Shown: positions 12,953-27,986, counted from the first letter of the stretch. The stretch: DNA of 64,000 nucleotides from Eledone cirrhosa (GCA_964016885.1 OZ024740.1:65224001-65288000); one strand, 5' to 3'. The notes: generated by a model not told the origin, from the sequence alone. Numbers and translations are program-made.

Positions 12953-15522
12953 AGTATTTACGTATCGAGAAAGAGAAAAAAAGGGGGGATAGGTGATACA
13001 TATAGTTATTTGCCAAGTAGCGTATGCCAAAGGTGCTCGATACTAGTGCCGGCAGTATTAAATATTCGAAGTGTTAATATTTAGTGGGCTAGAGAGTTAG
13101 CAGAGCGGAAGCACGTGGGAAAGTAAAAAATCGGAGAATAGACCGTTAAAACATGTTTATTTAAAATATCACCTACGTACGTTTCACCCAGTTGGGCTTC
13201 TCAAGGGCATACATAATCACAAGTGTTCCTTATATTGCTCGGAAAGAGTTTTTGGGGTTAGATCCACATCAAGGTACATTGCTCGCAAAAATATCTTGTT
13301 TTGATTTTGCAGCAGGTCAAGGGAGGTAACTCTGGCCGGTGTTAGGGCAGTCTTTCCCGGACAAATTTTTTTTTTTTTTTTTTGCCGCATCCGTTTGTCT
13401 GAGGCTGGGTCTGGTATGCAAGGATTGTTACCTGGGTGTTATTTTGTAGCGCCTGCCCGCCGGGGTGTTAAGACTTGTTGCAGGGAGATCCAGTGTACTA
13501 TTTCACTCTTCATCCTTAACCCATCTGAAGAAGGATATTTTTAAGCGATGTGTACAACTTATCGCTGTTTCAGCTCTGCTGTTGATGAGCTCGTGGGGTG
13601 CAGTTATGATGTGGTAGAGCTCCATGAGGCAAAGATCGCATTTCCTCTTGAAGTTGTACGGTGCAGCCCTGCCGACAATCTCCCAGTGCGTGGAGAAACT
13701 GATGTTTAAGTCCTTTAGTGATGTGATGTAGTCCGCGAGCGAAGTGGAGTGCCTTAGTTTTCTATTTGTGAAAGAGTGGAGATGTGTTCGAACCTAATTT
13801 TGAACGGGCCGGAGGTGGCCCCTATATAATGTTTAACGCTATTGTGGCTAGTAATAGTGCATCTATATATAACCCTATCAGTCAAGCACTATCCTCTAAG
13901 GGGGCAGCGTCCTCTGTCGCGGCAGTTGCAATTTCTGTCGCGGTTCCGTCTATTTCCCACGGTAAGGCTATCATTGTTGCTACCTACGTTGTTACCTACG
14001 CTACCGCAGCTGTCGTTAGCACAATTACGTGGTGCGATTGTTATTCCGCACGTCATGTTCTGCATGTTCCCCAGTCATTTCGCGGTCATTCTGGTTGCGT
14101 CTGCGGATGTCGTTGCCAACACTATTGGATGCTGCCAGGGAGTTGTTAAGGCCGATATAGTTATTGTCAGGTGTAGGTACGTCTGTGTCGAGGTGCTGTG
14201 TCTTGGTGATCTTACTGTGGTTCGTTGTTCCTATGATGTCTGCTAGGTTAGGAGTAGTAGAGAAGGATATTTTTATATTGTTCCTATTAAGAATTTTTCT
14301 ATACCTATGGTTGGGCGGGAAGTTTTTCTCTAAGGCTTCGAAGAACATCCGGGGTATGTTGGAGCCCACACTCCGAGAGTAGGGGGGGGACCATAGGACG
14401 TTACGGTGGCGATTACGTGTCTTTGTACTTTTGCTACGGGTGGTTCCATCTAAGTGACCGCTCTTATGTGTGTTAATGCGCAGTCGCCCGTTCGGTGCCC
14501 CTTTCACTTTATGCTCGGGTGCACTCTTTCTACCTCTTCCATGTTTATGTACACGAAGATGATGGTTGGAAGGCGTTGGTAGTAGGCCGTCGCCTTTGTT
14601 GGTTTTGTAATAGGGGAATAGTTTGAGTAATCTACAGTGTTCACCGTCGCCGGGGACGTCATCTTTGGTGCGGTTATCTATTATATCCGACTTCAACGAG
14701 GTCGCTGCGTGATCGGTTATAGGTATGGCTTACTATAACGTTAGTTTTATGAGCGGTGTGGTTTCTAGAGCTAGCGTTAGGGATGTAGGAAATTCCTCGG
14801 TTAAAGCCGGCGCTTATCAGGACCCTATTATAGTAATCATCCGCTTGGTTGAAGATATCCTCATTGGCGGATAGCCTCGAGATTCTATGTGAGATACTAT
14901 AGACTATGGAGTTGAGAGTCTGCTTAGGGTGGTTGGAGGCATAATCAATATAAGAGAAGCACTCTCCAGGCTTATGGTATGGCTTGTATAAGCCCGTACT
15001 CAACTCCAGAGTCACATCCAGGAAGTTGACAACCCTGTGGTTGAGGTCCATAGTTACGGATAGGCCGTATGACTTAAAGAACCTGTGTATATGTTTGTTA
15101 AGGTTCTCTATCCTACGGGGGCTATGGTTCCTAACGGTAAACAGGGCGTCGTCCCTATATACACCTCCTTGTAGGGCCGGTATTTCTTCCCTAAGCTTAT
15201 GTAGGAGGTATATCCCGACCAGGTCAGTTGCTTGCGCTGAGTCACTGGACCCCATCGTGACATCGAAGTTATCAGGACGGTTGGTTCTGATCCAGTGGGG
15301 GCCTTCGAACTGGATAATGGTTCTACGTTCCGCTAGAATTATATCTATTTCTTTTTTAGTGAGGCTAGTGTTAGATCTAGCTAAGATAAGTGCCTTATTT
15401 AAGAGTATGGGGGAGATAGAGGCGTAGTAGGTATCTATATCAAACTGGGCGAAACGTACGTAGGTGATATTTTAAATAAACATGTTTTAACGGTCTATTC
15501 TCCGATTTTTTACTTTCCCACG
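12953..15522 (-). mobile_element. 5'-truncated Naiad-type Penelope-like retroelement with an inverted terminal piece
   Basis: FDVTMGSSDSAQATDLVG, GGVYRDD, NFLDV, LWSPPYS, CNCR..CPL..C, VIY..HYIG (GIY-YIG). 15443-15522 is the inverted copy of 13114-13193; (TA)n on both sides. Confidence 0.9.
13167..13211 (-). ncRNA. Minimal type I hammerhead (U3:A8) in the PLE 3' region
   Basis: Minus strand: tatgccc TTGAGAA gccc-aact-gggt GAAA cgtacg TA ggtgata, then AATAAA. Palindromic stem III; stem I imperfect. Confidence 0.7.
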
Positions 15523-16131
15523 AATATATATATATATACACACATACATATACACACACATACATACACACACACACATATATATATATACATGAAAGTA
15601 GATCAGTCGCTTACTGAGGAAGGTTCCAATATTCGCATTCCATGCTATAGCAGAGTGTATATATTATGCAAAACCTATATATTTATGTATATATATATTA
15701 TGATCAAAACTTTCGGAAACGAATTAATACAACAAACATATCTGAAGAATTTTCGATTACAGAGTCAGGTTCGATGTATAATAAATCTTGCCTCGAGGTG
15801 ATCGATAGAGAAACATATGTAATATGATATTGCATATGGTACGATGCAACACTGAATCCACATTCTTCCTCATTATAATATATATATATATCCAGGGAGT
15901 GTAACTTGGAGTTACTGTAGATTCATTCATTACCACTGTAAAGGGTCTGACGAGGCGTCCATTGCAGAATCGGGATAGATCAATACAGATCAAACCCAGA
16001 CCTGATCCGTGGTGAACCGCGCATCACCACCAACCAATAAACGTAATGAAGGAGGAACCAATCGTCCTTGTTATTTTATTTAACTATATATATAAATATA
16101 TATACATTCCGATTGTGTTATTATTTCTGTT

Positions 16132-18769
<2,638 letters not shown>

Positions 18770-18774
<5 letters not shown>

Positions 18775-19671
18775 AGTGATGAAACACAGATACCAACACA
18801 TCTGTATATATATTGCAAAAGAAAAATTTAGCCAGATTGAAGTATACTAATTATTATACTACAGTTTGTCCATATCGATTTAAAATAATAAATCAACGGA
18901 GACGAACTGTATTGGCAAAAGGCCGTGACGTTTAGACACATTTAAATTTCAAAATCAAACCTGTTCCGTAGATAAGTTTAGACTTTAAGATCCAAATATG
19001 TTTCGAGTTAAATAAGTGTAGGAATATCATGTCCCGCTCTCCTCAGTAAACATCCAGAGACAAATTGATATGCTTCACTTCTAAATGATTTAAAAGACTG
19101 CGTGACGCACATGGCTTTACAGTATCTAACTAGTCTCATAACCGTACTGCTAGAAATAGCAGTCGTATATATGAGGCGGTTTGCAGCTCAAACTAGGAGC
19201 AGTTAAAATTAATAAGGTAATGAATTCTTTTACAATGGAATCAGCTCGAATGAGGAAAAATATCCCCTGAGCAGTGTATAAATTAATATGTAAGTGATGA
19301 AACACAGATACCAACACATCTGTATATATACTGCAAAAGAAAAATTTAGCCAGATTGAAGTATACTAATTATTATACTACAGTTTGTCCATATCGATTTA
19401 AAATAATAAATCAACGGAGACGAACTGTATTGGCAAAAGGCCGTGATGTTTAGACACATTTAAATTTCAAAATCAAACCTGTGCCGTAGATAAGTGACAA
19501 ACTGTAGTATAATAATTAGTATACTTCAATCTGGATAAATTTTTCTTTTGCAATATATATACAGATGTGTTGGTATCTGTGTTTCATCACTTACATATTA
19601 ATTTATACACTGCTCAGGGGATATTTTTCCTCATTCGAGCTGATTCCATTGTAAAATAATTCATTACCTTA

Positions 19672-19677
<6 letters not shown>
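18770..19677 (-). mobile_element. Retrozyme-like element, locus 2: 518-bp unit x1.4 plus a 182-bp inverted segment
   Basis: atgtaagtgatgaaacacag at 18770 and 19288. 19496-19677 is the reverse complement of ~19208-19388. (TA)n on both sides. Confidence 0.88.
18927..19054 (-). ncRNA. Oversized type I hammerhead ribozyme, canonical core
   Basis: Minus strand: GATGTTTA CTGAGGA GAG..CTC GAAA catatttgga..cTACGg..tttaaatgt GTC TAAACGTC (TAAACATC in the second copy). Confidence 0.85.
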
Positions 19678-19729
<52 letters not shown>

Positions 19730-19734
<5 letters not shown>

Positions 19735-20586
19735 AATAAAGATTCAGCGAGAATCGCATTTCAGCGGGCAGGAAAGGTGAAGCGAAACGCAAACATCAGA
19801 AATGATACTTGCAATGTGCTCAATAGTTAAAAACCAGACATAAACAAATTGTTAAAAGCCATACAAAACTGGAAAGGTGGCCAAGAAGGCATTAACCACC
19901 GAAGCCCAAAACCAAATCAAGCTAAACAGATCAAAACAAAATAAATGATAAAAAATAAATGATAACCAGACATGGACTCCCGGAATTGCTGTTAAAAATC
20001 CGATGTAGAGTTTCTGTGACACCTAAATCAAAATACAGTCTTCTTAAAATTATAAGCTTTGGGTATAACGATCGAACAAGGAATATCACGTTATCAACAG
20101 GTATTTCGCTCTGTACCAAATAAGTGAATGACACGGAGGTAAGTTAAACCACGTGTGGAAATCACAAGGGGAATAACCCCAGATTTTGGCAAAGTAATTC
20201 AGTAGGTGTAAAGCATGCAAAAAATAGCATAAATAGCACAAATCGAATAACTTCTCAACCGAGTGGTTTTAAAATGAACTTATACAATTAACCTGTCAAT
20301 AGAAATTATTAACAAGTTAATTGTAAGACAGGGGAGATTCATACAAATAAAAATTCAGCGAGAATCGCATTTCGGCGGGCAGGAAAAGCGAAGCGAAACG
20401 CAAAAATAAAAATGATACTGGCAAAGTGCTCAATAGTTAAAAACCAGAGCAAAACAATGTGTTAAGAAGCCATACAAAACTGAAAAGGTGGTCGAGAAGG
20501 CATTAACCACCCAAGCCAAAAACCAAATCAAGGTAAACAGGTCAAAACAAAATAAATGATGAAAAATAAATGATAGCCGGACCTGG
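19730..20586. repeat. 611-bp non-coding unit, ~1.4 tandem copies, between TA-rich tracts
   Basis: atacaaataaa(g/a)attcagcgagaatcgc at 19730 and 20341; the copies differ by scattered substitutions. Confidence 0.85.
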
Positions 20587-20753
20587 TTATCATATATATG
20601 TGTATATGTAAATACATTATATTTACATTGAGCTATTTTTTCTTACTGATAATAAGGTAGTAACAAATTACTGACCTTTCATGTTTATAGATGTATATAG
20701 TGTATACATAATATAATAATATTATTATTATATGTATATGTATATATATGATA

Positions 20754-20788
<35 letters not shown>

Positions 20789-22439
20789 GAACCAGTAAGA
20801 CCCCGACGGCTGAGCTCAAGCCGTTTCGAAGGCTAATTCTGGACTAAATGAAAATTTATCCTGGTATTTAAATAGCCGATCTTCTCAAGGGGTAATTCCA
20901 TATATGGTCAAAGTGATTGTCAAAAGTCAGTAGTAATTCTGTGATTGCAAATTAGTAGGGGAGATGGTGGCTAAACCTGCCAGTAGGAGAAAGAGGGGAG
21001 GGGGTGGAGTAGACCCAATTAAGCGTTGGTAGTGCCAGCTAGAGCTGGGCATGAGGTCAAAGAAGATACTGGGGAGGGGGACGGGGGGGAAGTCGGAACG
21101 GTAGGTAGAACAATGAGGGTAAAAATATATATGAAAGAAAAAATACTGAGAGTGAAGAAAAGCGAATAAGTGTAAAGAAAAAAGTAAAGCAAGTTCTACG
21201 ACCTAAGTCTCTAGCTATTGTTAGGCTAGATAAATAAATAAAGAAAGAAATAAAGAAATAACGAAATAAGTAAATGAACTAGGTGGGACGGAATAGGCAA
21301 GGACCCTTTTAAGAGGTATAAGTACGTAAATCATACGGTGACAGGTCAACAAATGGGGCCAAAATACTAAGGAGACTACCACGAAATAAATAATAAAGGT
21401 TTCAATCCCGGGCACAAGGCCAGCAACCACCCAGTGCAGCAAAGTAAACTAGTACGAGATAATAATTATGAGTCCCGAAAAAAATATATACTAATGCTAA
21501 CTCTAAAAGATCTTAAACAAGCTACATGAAAGTTCGTACGAAGTAAAGGTAGAATACGGAAAAATAAATTCAGAATCCCCCCCCCTCCCCCCCAAAAAAA
21601 AGAAAAGCGAAGAAAGAAATACTGAAACGAGAAAATAAGGCATAGTGCCACTAAGAAATATAGAAAGCACGGAAAATAGTGGGAGCGTCGGAAAAAGGGG
21701 GCAAGTATCCGGGGTCTAAACCAACTACTATAAAAAGCGGAGTCCGCCAAATCTATCATAGACTAGGGGAGGGGGTGGGGGTACTAAGGCTACAAGGGGC
21801 CAAAGGGCAGCCTCGAGTGGGCGAGAAAAGACGCCGACAAAGAAGAAGAGCTGGGGTAGAAGGACTAAGGAGGGATGGGGGGAAGGAAATAAAGGAAGCG
21901 ATAAAAGAATAAAAAGAAGATCTTACATCTCCCTTGGCAAGCAGGAGTTACCCATTGCAAAATCGGCAAGTGGGTGTTATAGCCCTAGTCTACCCCCCCC
22001 CCCCCCGGGTCATTATGGGGTTTGAGGGCGCTTGATTGGGTCTACTCCACCCCCTCCCCTCTTTCTCCTACTGGCAGGTTTAGCCACCATCTCCCCTACT
22101 AATTTGCAATCACAGAATTACTACTGACTTTTGACAATCACTTTGAACATATATGGAATTACCCCTTGAGAAGATCGGCTATTTAAATACCAGGATACAT
22201 TTTCATTTAGTCCAGAATTAGCCGTCGAAACGGCATGAGCTCAGCCGTCGGGCTCTTACTGGTTCCTATTACACACTCTACTACCCCAAGTATTGAGTAC
22301 TTTGGTGCGTTATGGTCCACCTGGTTCCTTACCACATTTCCTTCGTTATCTAGCTCCTACTCCCGTAGTAGAGCACTTTCCGACCCTACCACGCCGTATC
22401 CAGACTTTTCCGCTAAGCTCAATTCATTTCACCCGCACC

Positions 22440-24599
22440 ATGCGAAAACACAACATTGACTTCTCTACCAAGAACATCCCAATCCCACCGAAAAAACTTT
22501 ACCTTCGGATGCTCACGCAAAAAATCGATCTATTTGCGAAAATACTTAGATGGAGAACTTTTTTCTATGACAGATATTGCGACAACCAGGACTTCGGCAC
22601 CAAGGAGAGATTCGGATTTATTACCTACAAATCTCCGCCCCGAACCCCTTGCTCTCACCCTTCGAGAATGACCTCTTCCAACTGGTCAAGAACATTAAAT
22701 TTAAACCCAGACACAACCGATTCCTACAAAAACTCCGTAGCAACTTAACAAAGTATGATAACACCAATGACATCATGGTGCATTCGGATAAAACTGGGAA
22801 CCTATACTTTGTCAACCCTGACAGATACCACACACTGATCAGGAGCAGTCTAAACTCCACCTATAAAAAGGCCAACCACTCTTGCATCGAGGACCTAAAT
22901 CGAGATGGACAACAAATTACCTCCAGCCTCGGGGTCGCCGACCGCACGGAACCTCTAGACCCACGGACACCATACTTCACACTGAAGGACCATCAATCCG
23001 ATTTTGACCGTAAACCCTCTATCAGGCTTATTAACCCAACGAAGTCCGACATAGGGAGAATCAGCAAAAAAATCCTAGACCGCGTGATACCAAAAGTCAA
23101 GCAACACGCCCGACTTAGCCTATGGATCAACACCCAGGAAGTAATCTCATGGTTCAGCAATATGGAGGATAAACGAGACACTAAATTCATACAGTTCGAC
23201 ATAGAGAGTTACTATACTTCAATCACCTTACCGCTACTTACTGCCGCCTTGGACTTCGCTGAAACACTTGTGCCCATCACCGACCAGGAAAGAAAAATCA
23301 TCCTCCACGCCAGGAAGACAGTCTTACTCTTTGACAACTCTAAATGGATAAAACGAGCTCCCGACTCACCCTTCGACGTCAGCATGGGCGCCACGGATTC
23401 GGCGGAGGTCACAGATCTTATAGGATTATTCCTAATAGCCAAACTCACCGATATGTTTCCTGCATTCGGTGGTGGATTGTACCGTGATGATGGGCTCCTT
23501 ACCCTTAAAGGGTACAACTCCAGTAGTACAGATCGGGTCCGGAAACAATTAATCAGCTTCTTCCGCGACTGGGGATTTAAAATAACCCTACAAACGTCCG
23601 TGACCCGACTAAACTTCCTGGACGTGACCCTCGACCTCGAAAACGACCTGTGCTACCCATACAGGAAACCTAATGACAACCTGCACTACATCCACCGCCG
23701 ATCAAACCATCCTAGGAACATCACAAACAACCTGGTCAAAAACATCTCCCTCCGCATATCCCGTTTGTCAGCTAATGAGCGGATATTCGATGAACATGCG
23801 CCTTATTACAACCAGGCCCTCAAGCGGAGTGGTTTCCGGGAGGAAATATCCTACTGTCTAGCTCCCATTAGCGGAACCAGCAGGAGACACCGCCGCTCAC
23901 ACAATGTAACATGGTTCAATCCTCCCCACAACGCAGAGGTGACAAATCCCATCGGGAAACTATTCTTTAGGCTCATTGAAAAACACTTCCCACTACAACA
24001 CCGCTACCACAACATAATTAACAAAAATACCATCAAACTCTCTTACAGCACTACACCTAACTTCGAACAAAACATCGTCTCCTCTAACAACAAAAAACTC
24101 AACCCCGATGGCAGAAATAACCTAAATAGCAGTGGAGAACCGACCAGGAGGTGTAACTGTCCGGATAGATCCATTTGCCCACTCAACAATAGATGCAGAG
24201 ACCGTAATGTGATCTACCAGTGCAACGTGAGGACGGATACCTCCAACAAAGCCTATATAGGACTTACCGCATGTGACTTCAAGACCCGGCTATACCAACA
24301 TAGACATACCTTCCGAAACCCGGCCTCGGCGTCACGCCACTACACTTTCGGGCTACATATGGGACCCCAAGGACAACAACATCACCTATGATCTCACTTG
24401 GAGATTACTGTCCAGAGCCAATTCTTACAGGGGAGGACGCCGTCCGTGCAATTTATGCTCGGAGGAAACTTTACAAATGCTGTTTTCGACGGACCAACTC
24501 CTAAACAAGAAAGATGAACTGGTTACTGCATGTAAACATATATTGCGTAGGACTTACCTCGCCCTCAAACCCCATAATGACCCGGGGGGGGGGGGGTAG
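22440..24599 (+). pseudogene. Naiad PLE RT + GIY-YIG polyprotein (~720 aa) with two frameshifts
   Basis: N-terminus FSTKNIPIPPKKLY..LRWRTFF; SDKTGNLY, TLKDH, IRLINPTKSDIG, QFDIESYY, MGATDSAEV, GLYRDD; CNC..CPL..C; VIY..AYIG; CNLC..E; CKH. Frameshifts near 22640 (C-run) and 24330. Confidence 0.92.
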
Positions 24600-25683
24600 A
24601 CTAGGGCTATAACACCCACTTGCCGATTTTGCAATGGGTAACCCCTGCTTGCCAAGGGAGACGTAAGATCTTCTTTTTATTCTTTTATCGCTTCCTTTAT
24701 TTCCTTCCCCCCATCCCTCCTTAGCCCTTCTACCCCAGCTCTTCATCTTTGTGGGCGTCTTTTCTCGCCCACCCGAGCTGCCCTTTGACCCCTTGTAGAC
24801 TTAGTACTCCCACCCGTCCCTGAGTCTATGATAGATTTGGCGGTCTCCGCTTTTTATAGTAGTTGGTTTAGACCCCGGATACTTGCCCCCTTTTTCCGAC
24901 CGCTCCCACTATTTTCCGTGCCTTCTATATTTCTTAGTGGCACTATGCCTTATTTTCTCGTTTCAGTATTTCTTTCTTCGCTTTTCTTTTGGGCGGGGTG
25001 GATTCTGAATTTATTTTTCCGTATTCTACCTTTACTTCGTACGAACTTTCATGTAGCTTGTTTAAGATCTTTTAGAGTTAGCATTAGTATATATTTTTTT
25101 CGGGACTCATAATTATTATCTCGTACTATTTACTTTGCTGCACTGGGTGGTTGCTGGCCTTGTGCCCGGGATAGAAACCTTTATTATTTATTTCGTGGTT
25201 GTCTCCTTAGTATTTTGGCCCCATTTGTTGACCTGTCACCGTATGATTTACGTACTTATACCTCTTAAAAGGGTCCTTGCCTATTCCGTCCCACCTAGTT
25301 CATTTACTTATTTCGTTATTTCTTTATTTCTTTCTTTATTTATTTATCTAGCCTAACAATAGCTAGAGACTTAGGTCGTAGAACTTGCTTTACTTTTTTC
25401 TTTACACTTATTCGCTTTTCTTCACTCTCAGTATTTTTTCTTTCATATATATTTGTACCCCTCATTGTTCTACCTACCGTTCCGACTTCCTCCCCCTCCC
25501 CCTCCCCAGTATCTTCTTTGACCTCATGCCCAGCTGTAGCTGGCACTACCTACGCTTGATTGGGTCTACTCCACCCCTCCCCTCTTTCTCCTACTGGCAG
25601 GTTCAGCCACCATCTCCCCTACTAATTTGCAATCACAGAATTACTACTGACTTTTGACAATCACTTTGACCATATATGGAATT

Positions 25684-25777
25684 ACCCCTTGAGAAGATCG
25701 GCTATTTAAATACCAGGATAAATTTTCATTTAGTCCAGAATTAGCCGTCGAAACGGCTTGAGCTCAGCCGTCGGGGT
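25684..25777 (+). ncRNA. Type I hammerhead ribozyme (U3:A8) with full stem III in the family A pLTR
   Basis: ACCCC TTGAGAA ga(t)cggcta..tagccgtc GAAA cggct-tgagctc-agccg TC GGGGT; predicted cleavage after 25772. Other copies at 22161-22254 (+) and 20800-20893 (-). Confidence 0.88.
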
Positions 25778-25884
25778 CTTACTGGTTCCTATTACCCACT
25801 CTACTACCCCAAGTATTGAGTACTTTGGTGCGTTATGGTCCACCTGGTTCCTTACCACATTTCCTTCGTTATATATATATACAT

Positions 25885-25941
<57 letters not shown>

Positions 25942-27477
25942 TTTAAGCCAGTTACTATAACGGGCCATCCCATGTACCTACGATCATTGGCCCTAAGGAC
26001 CAACTAGTTAAAACTGTGCAGATGAGAATGAACCGGAAACACTAAATTCAAAAAGGAAATACACTACAATAAGGAATGCGTGAAGAGCCCCAAATCAAGG
26101 CAGATAATCTGAATGGTTTGGGGGAGGCAATTTGACTGAATAAGTGAGAACAAACTCTAATGGTGGATATTGAATAAACTCCACAACAATAACAATCGTA
26201 CACAGGCAACACAGGTACTCATTCTCACGTTTCTAAGTACATTTTAAAGAACTGGTCTCCGAATATTGATTTATGTGATTTCCACAAAAGTCATCATTGT
26301 GGCATAATGAATTTTGTAATAATGTAGAATATCTTACACGTGTTTCAATGCATTTCACAAAAGCCTGTGAAATTTACATCATTACATAATCCAATATTTC
26401 GCCCTCCTCGATAGCATTTAATGTATTCAACAGCTGATTGATTGTTTGAATATCACCATGTGTCCCTTGTTTTTATTACCCTATATATATAAATACATAT
26501 ATATGTGTATGTGTGTGTATGTGTATGTAAAATTGTTTAACGGAGACCAAAGGCTCTTAGGGATTTAAAACATATTTTTGCGTTCTAATTTTGTTTCAGT
26601 GTCAGAAGAAGAAAACCATAATTGATAATGTCGATTAATTAATTATTTACAATTATCACATTATGATGAATAATAAAGTTATAAAATCCCTTAGATAGTA
26701 AAACAAAAATAAAATTAAAACGCATAATATATGGGGTAACAGCCTTCACTCGATTTTAAACTGTTCAGACAGTCTAAGGCATAACGAAATTACAATTATA
26801 CATATACGTATTGAAAACCTCTGAATGTACAGCTCAGTTCTCAAAGTTACATCGATATGCATAGTTTTCAGTGTATACATACTTGCAGACATCCATCCAT
26901 ATATATATGTATTCCTGTACACACATACACACAGGCACAGACACTCACACACACACAAACACACATACACTCTCACACACACACACACACTCACACACAG
27001 ACATACATTTATATATATATATGGTTCACGGCTGAGAGTAGAGAGTATTCAATAGAGAATTTGAGATTAAATGTACGTTCAGTTATGGCTAAATAGTAAG
27101 TCGTGTTATACTTCAGATTCGCCTGTTTATCATAGTTCTTGTTTGATGACCCTGTGATAAACTGGCAGAACTCCAGAGTACCAATACACATTTCGCCTTA
27201 AGAAAATGAATATATATATATATGTACATATGTATTTTGTAGCACAATGTATTAAATATATGTGTGTATGTATGCAGCATATACGGAATACGTGTTTAGT
27301 GTGCAAAAACTATGCACTTATGCATATTATATATAAGGGTACGGAAGGTGTATACGCCGTATAGGCATCTGGAGTGTGAAGGCGTATGCATGATGGGAGC
27401 ATTAAACATATGGGTATATGTGATATGGAAGTACACGCAGGTGTTACGTTTTGTGTTTGTATATATATATATATATA

Positions 27478-27585
27478 AAAGTTTGTCCTTCATCAGTGGC
27501 CTTCCAACCGTCGTAGGCATTTCGTCGCTTTAAAGGCGAAATGCCTACGACGGTTGGAAGGCCACTGATGAAGGACAAACCTTTT
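27478..27585. repeat. Near-perfect ~50-bp-arm hairpin next to (TA)n, probably a PLE-tail fold-back
   Basis: gtttgtccttcatcagtggcc..atttcg / cgaaat..ggccactgatgaaggacaaac. Confidence 0.8.
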
Positions 27586-27634
27586 CATATGTAACCCATT
27601 TTCAACGCCGCAGCTCCATTATTATCATATTTAC

Positions 27635-27690
<56 letters not shown>

Positions 27691-27695
<5 letters not shown>

Positions 27696-27890
27696 AAAAA
27701 GTTCAAGACCCCGACGGCAGACCTCAAGCCGTTTCGACGGGTATTTCTGGACATCCAGAAATAGCAGTCAAAACGGCTTGAGCTCTGTCGTCGGGGTCTT
27801 GAACTTATTCCAATTACCCACTCTACTACCCACAGTTTTGAGTACTCTGGTGCGTTATGGTCCATATGGTTCCTTACCACACTTCCTTCG

Positions 27891-27892
<2 letters not shown>
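27691..27892 (+). mobile_element. Solo family A tail with fold-back
   Basis: Diverged match to 25735-25870, with an inverted arm centred on tttctgga-ca-tccagaaa (~27751). Confidence 0.85.

Positions 27893-27981
<89 letters not shown>

Positions 27982-27986
<5 letters not shown>

Larger units (their letters stand above)
20787..25870 (+). mobile_element. Full-length Naiad-type PLE (family A): inverted pLTR + partial direct pLTR + ORF + 3' pLTR
   Basis: 20787-22030 is the reverse complement of 24560-~25791; 22029-22348 matches 25553-25870; ORF 22440-24599; flanked by (TA)n. Confidence 0.93.

Noticed and set aside
15944-16045. Hammerhead starting gggt CTGACGA ggcg before AATAAA and (TA)n
   Set aside because: There is no proper GAAA or stem II closure.
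19133-19177. GNRA-capped hairpin suggesting the plus strand is functional, or a group II intron domain V
   Set aside because: There is no AGC triad or 2-nt bulge geometry. The HHR cores, G-U wobbles and UNCG loop all point to the opposite strand.
27478-27585. Complete hammerhead in the hairpin (GAAA upstream of CTGATGA)
   Set aside because: Stem II cannot be closed in a type II arrangement and no GAAA follows CTGATGA.
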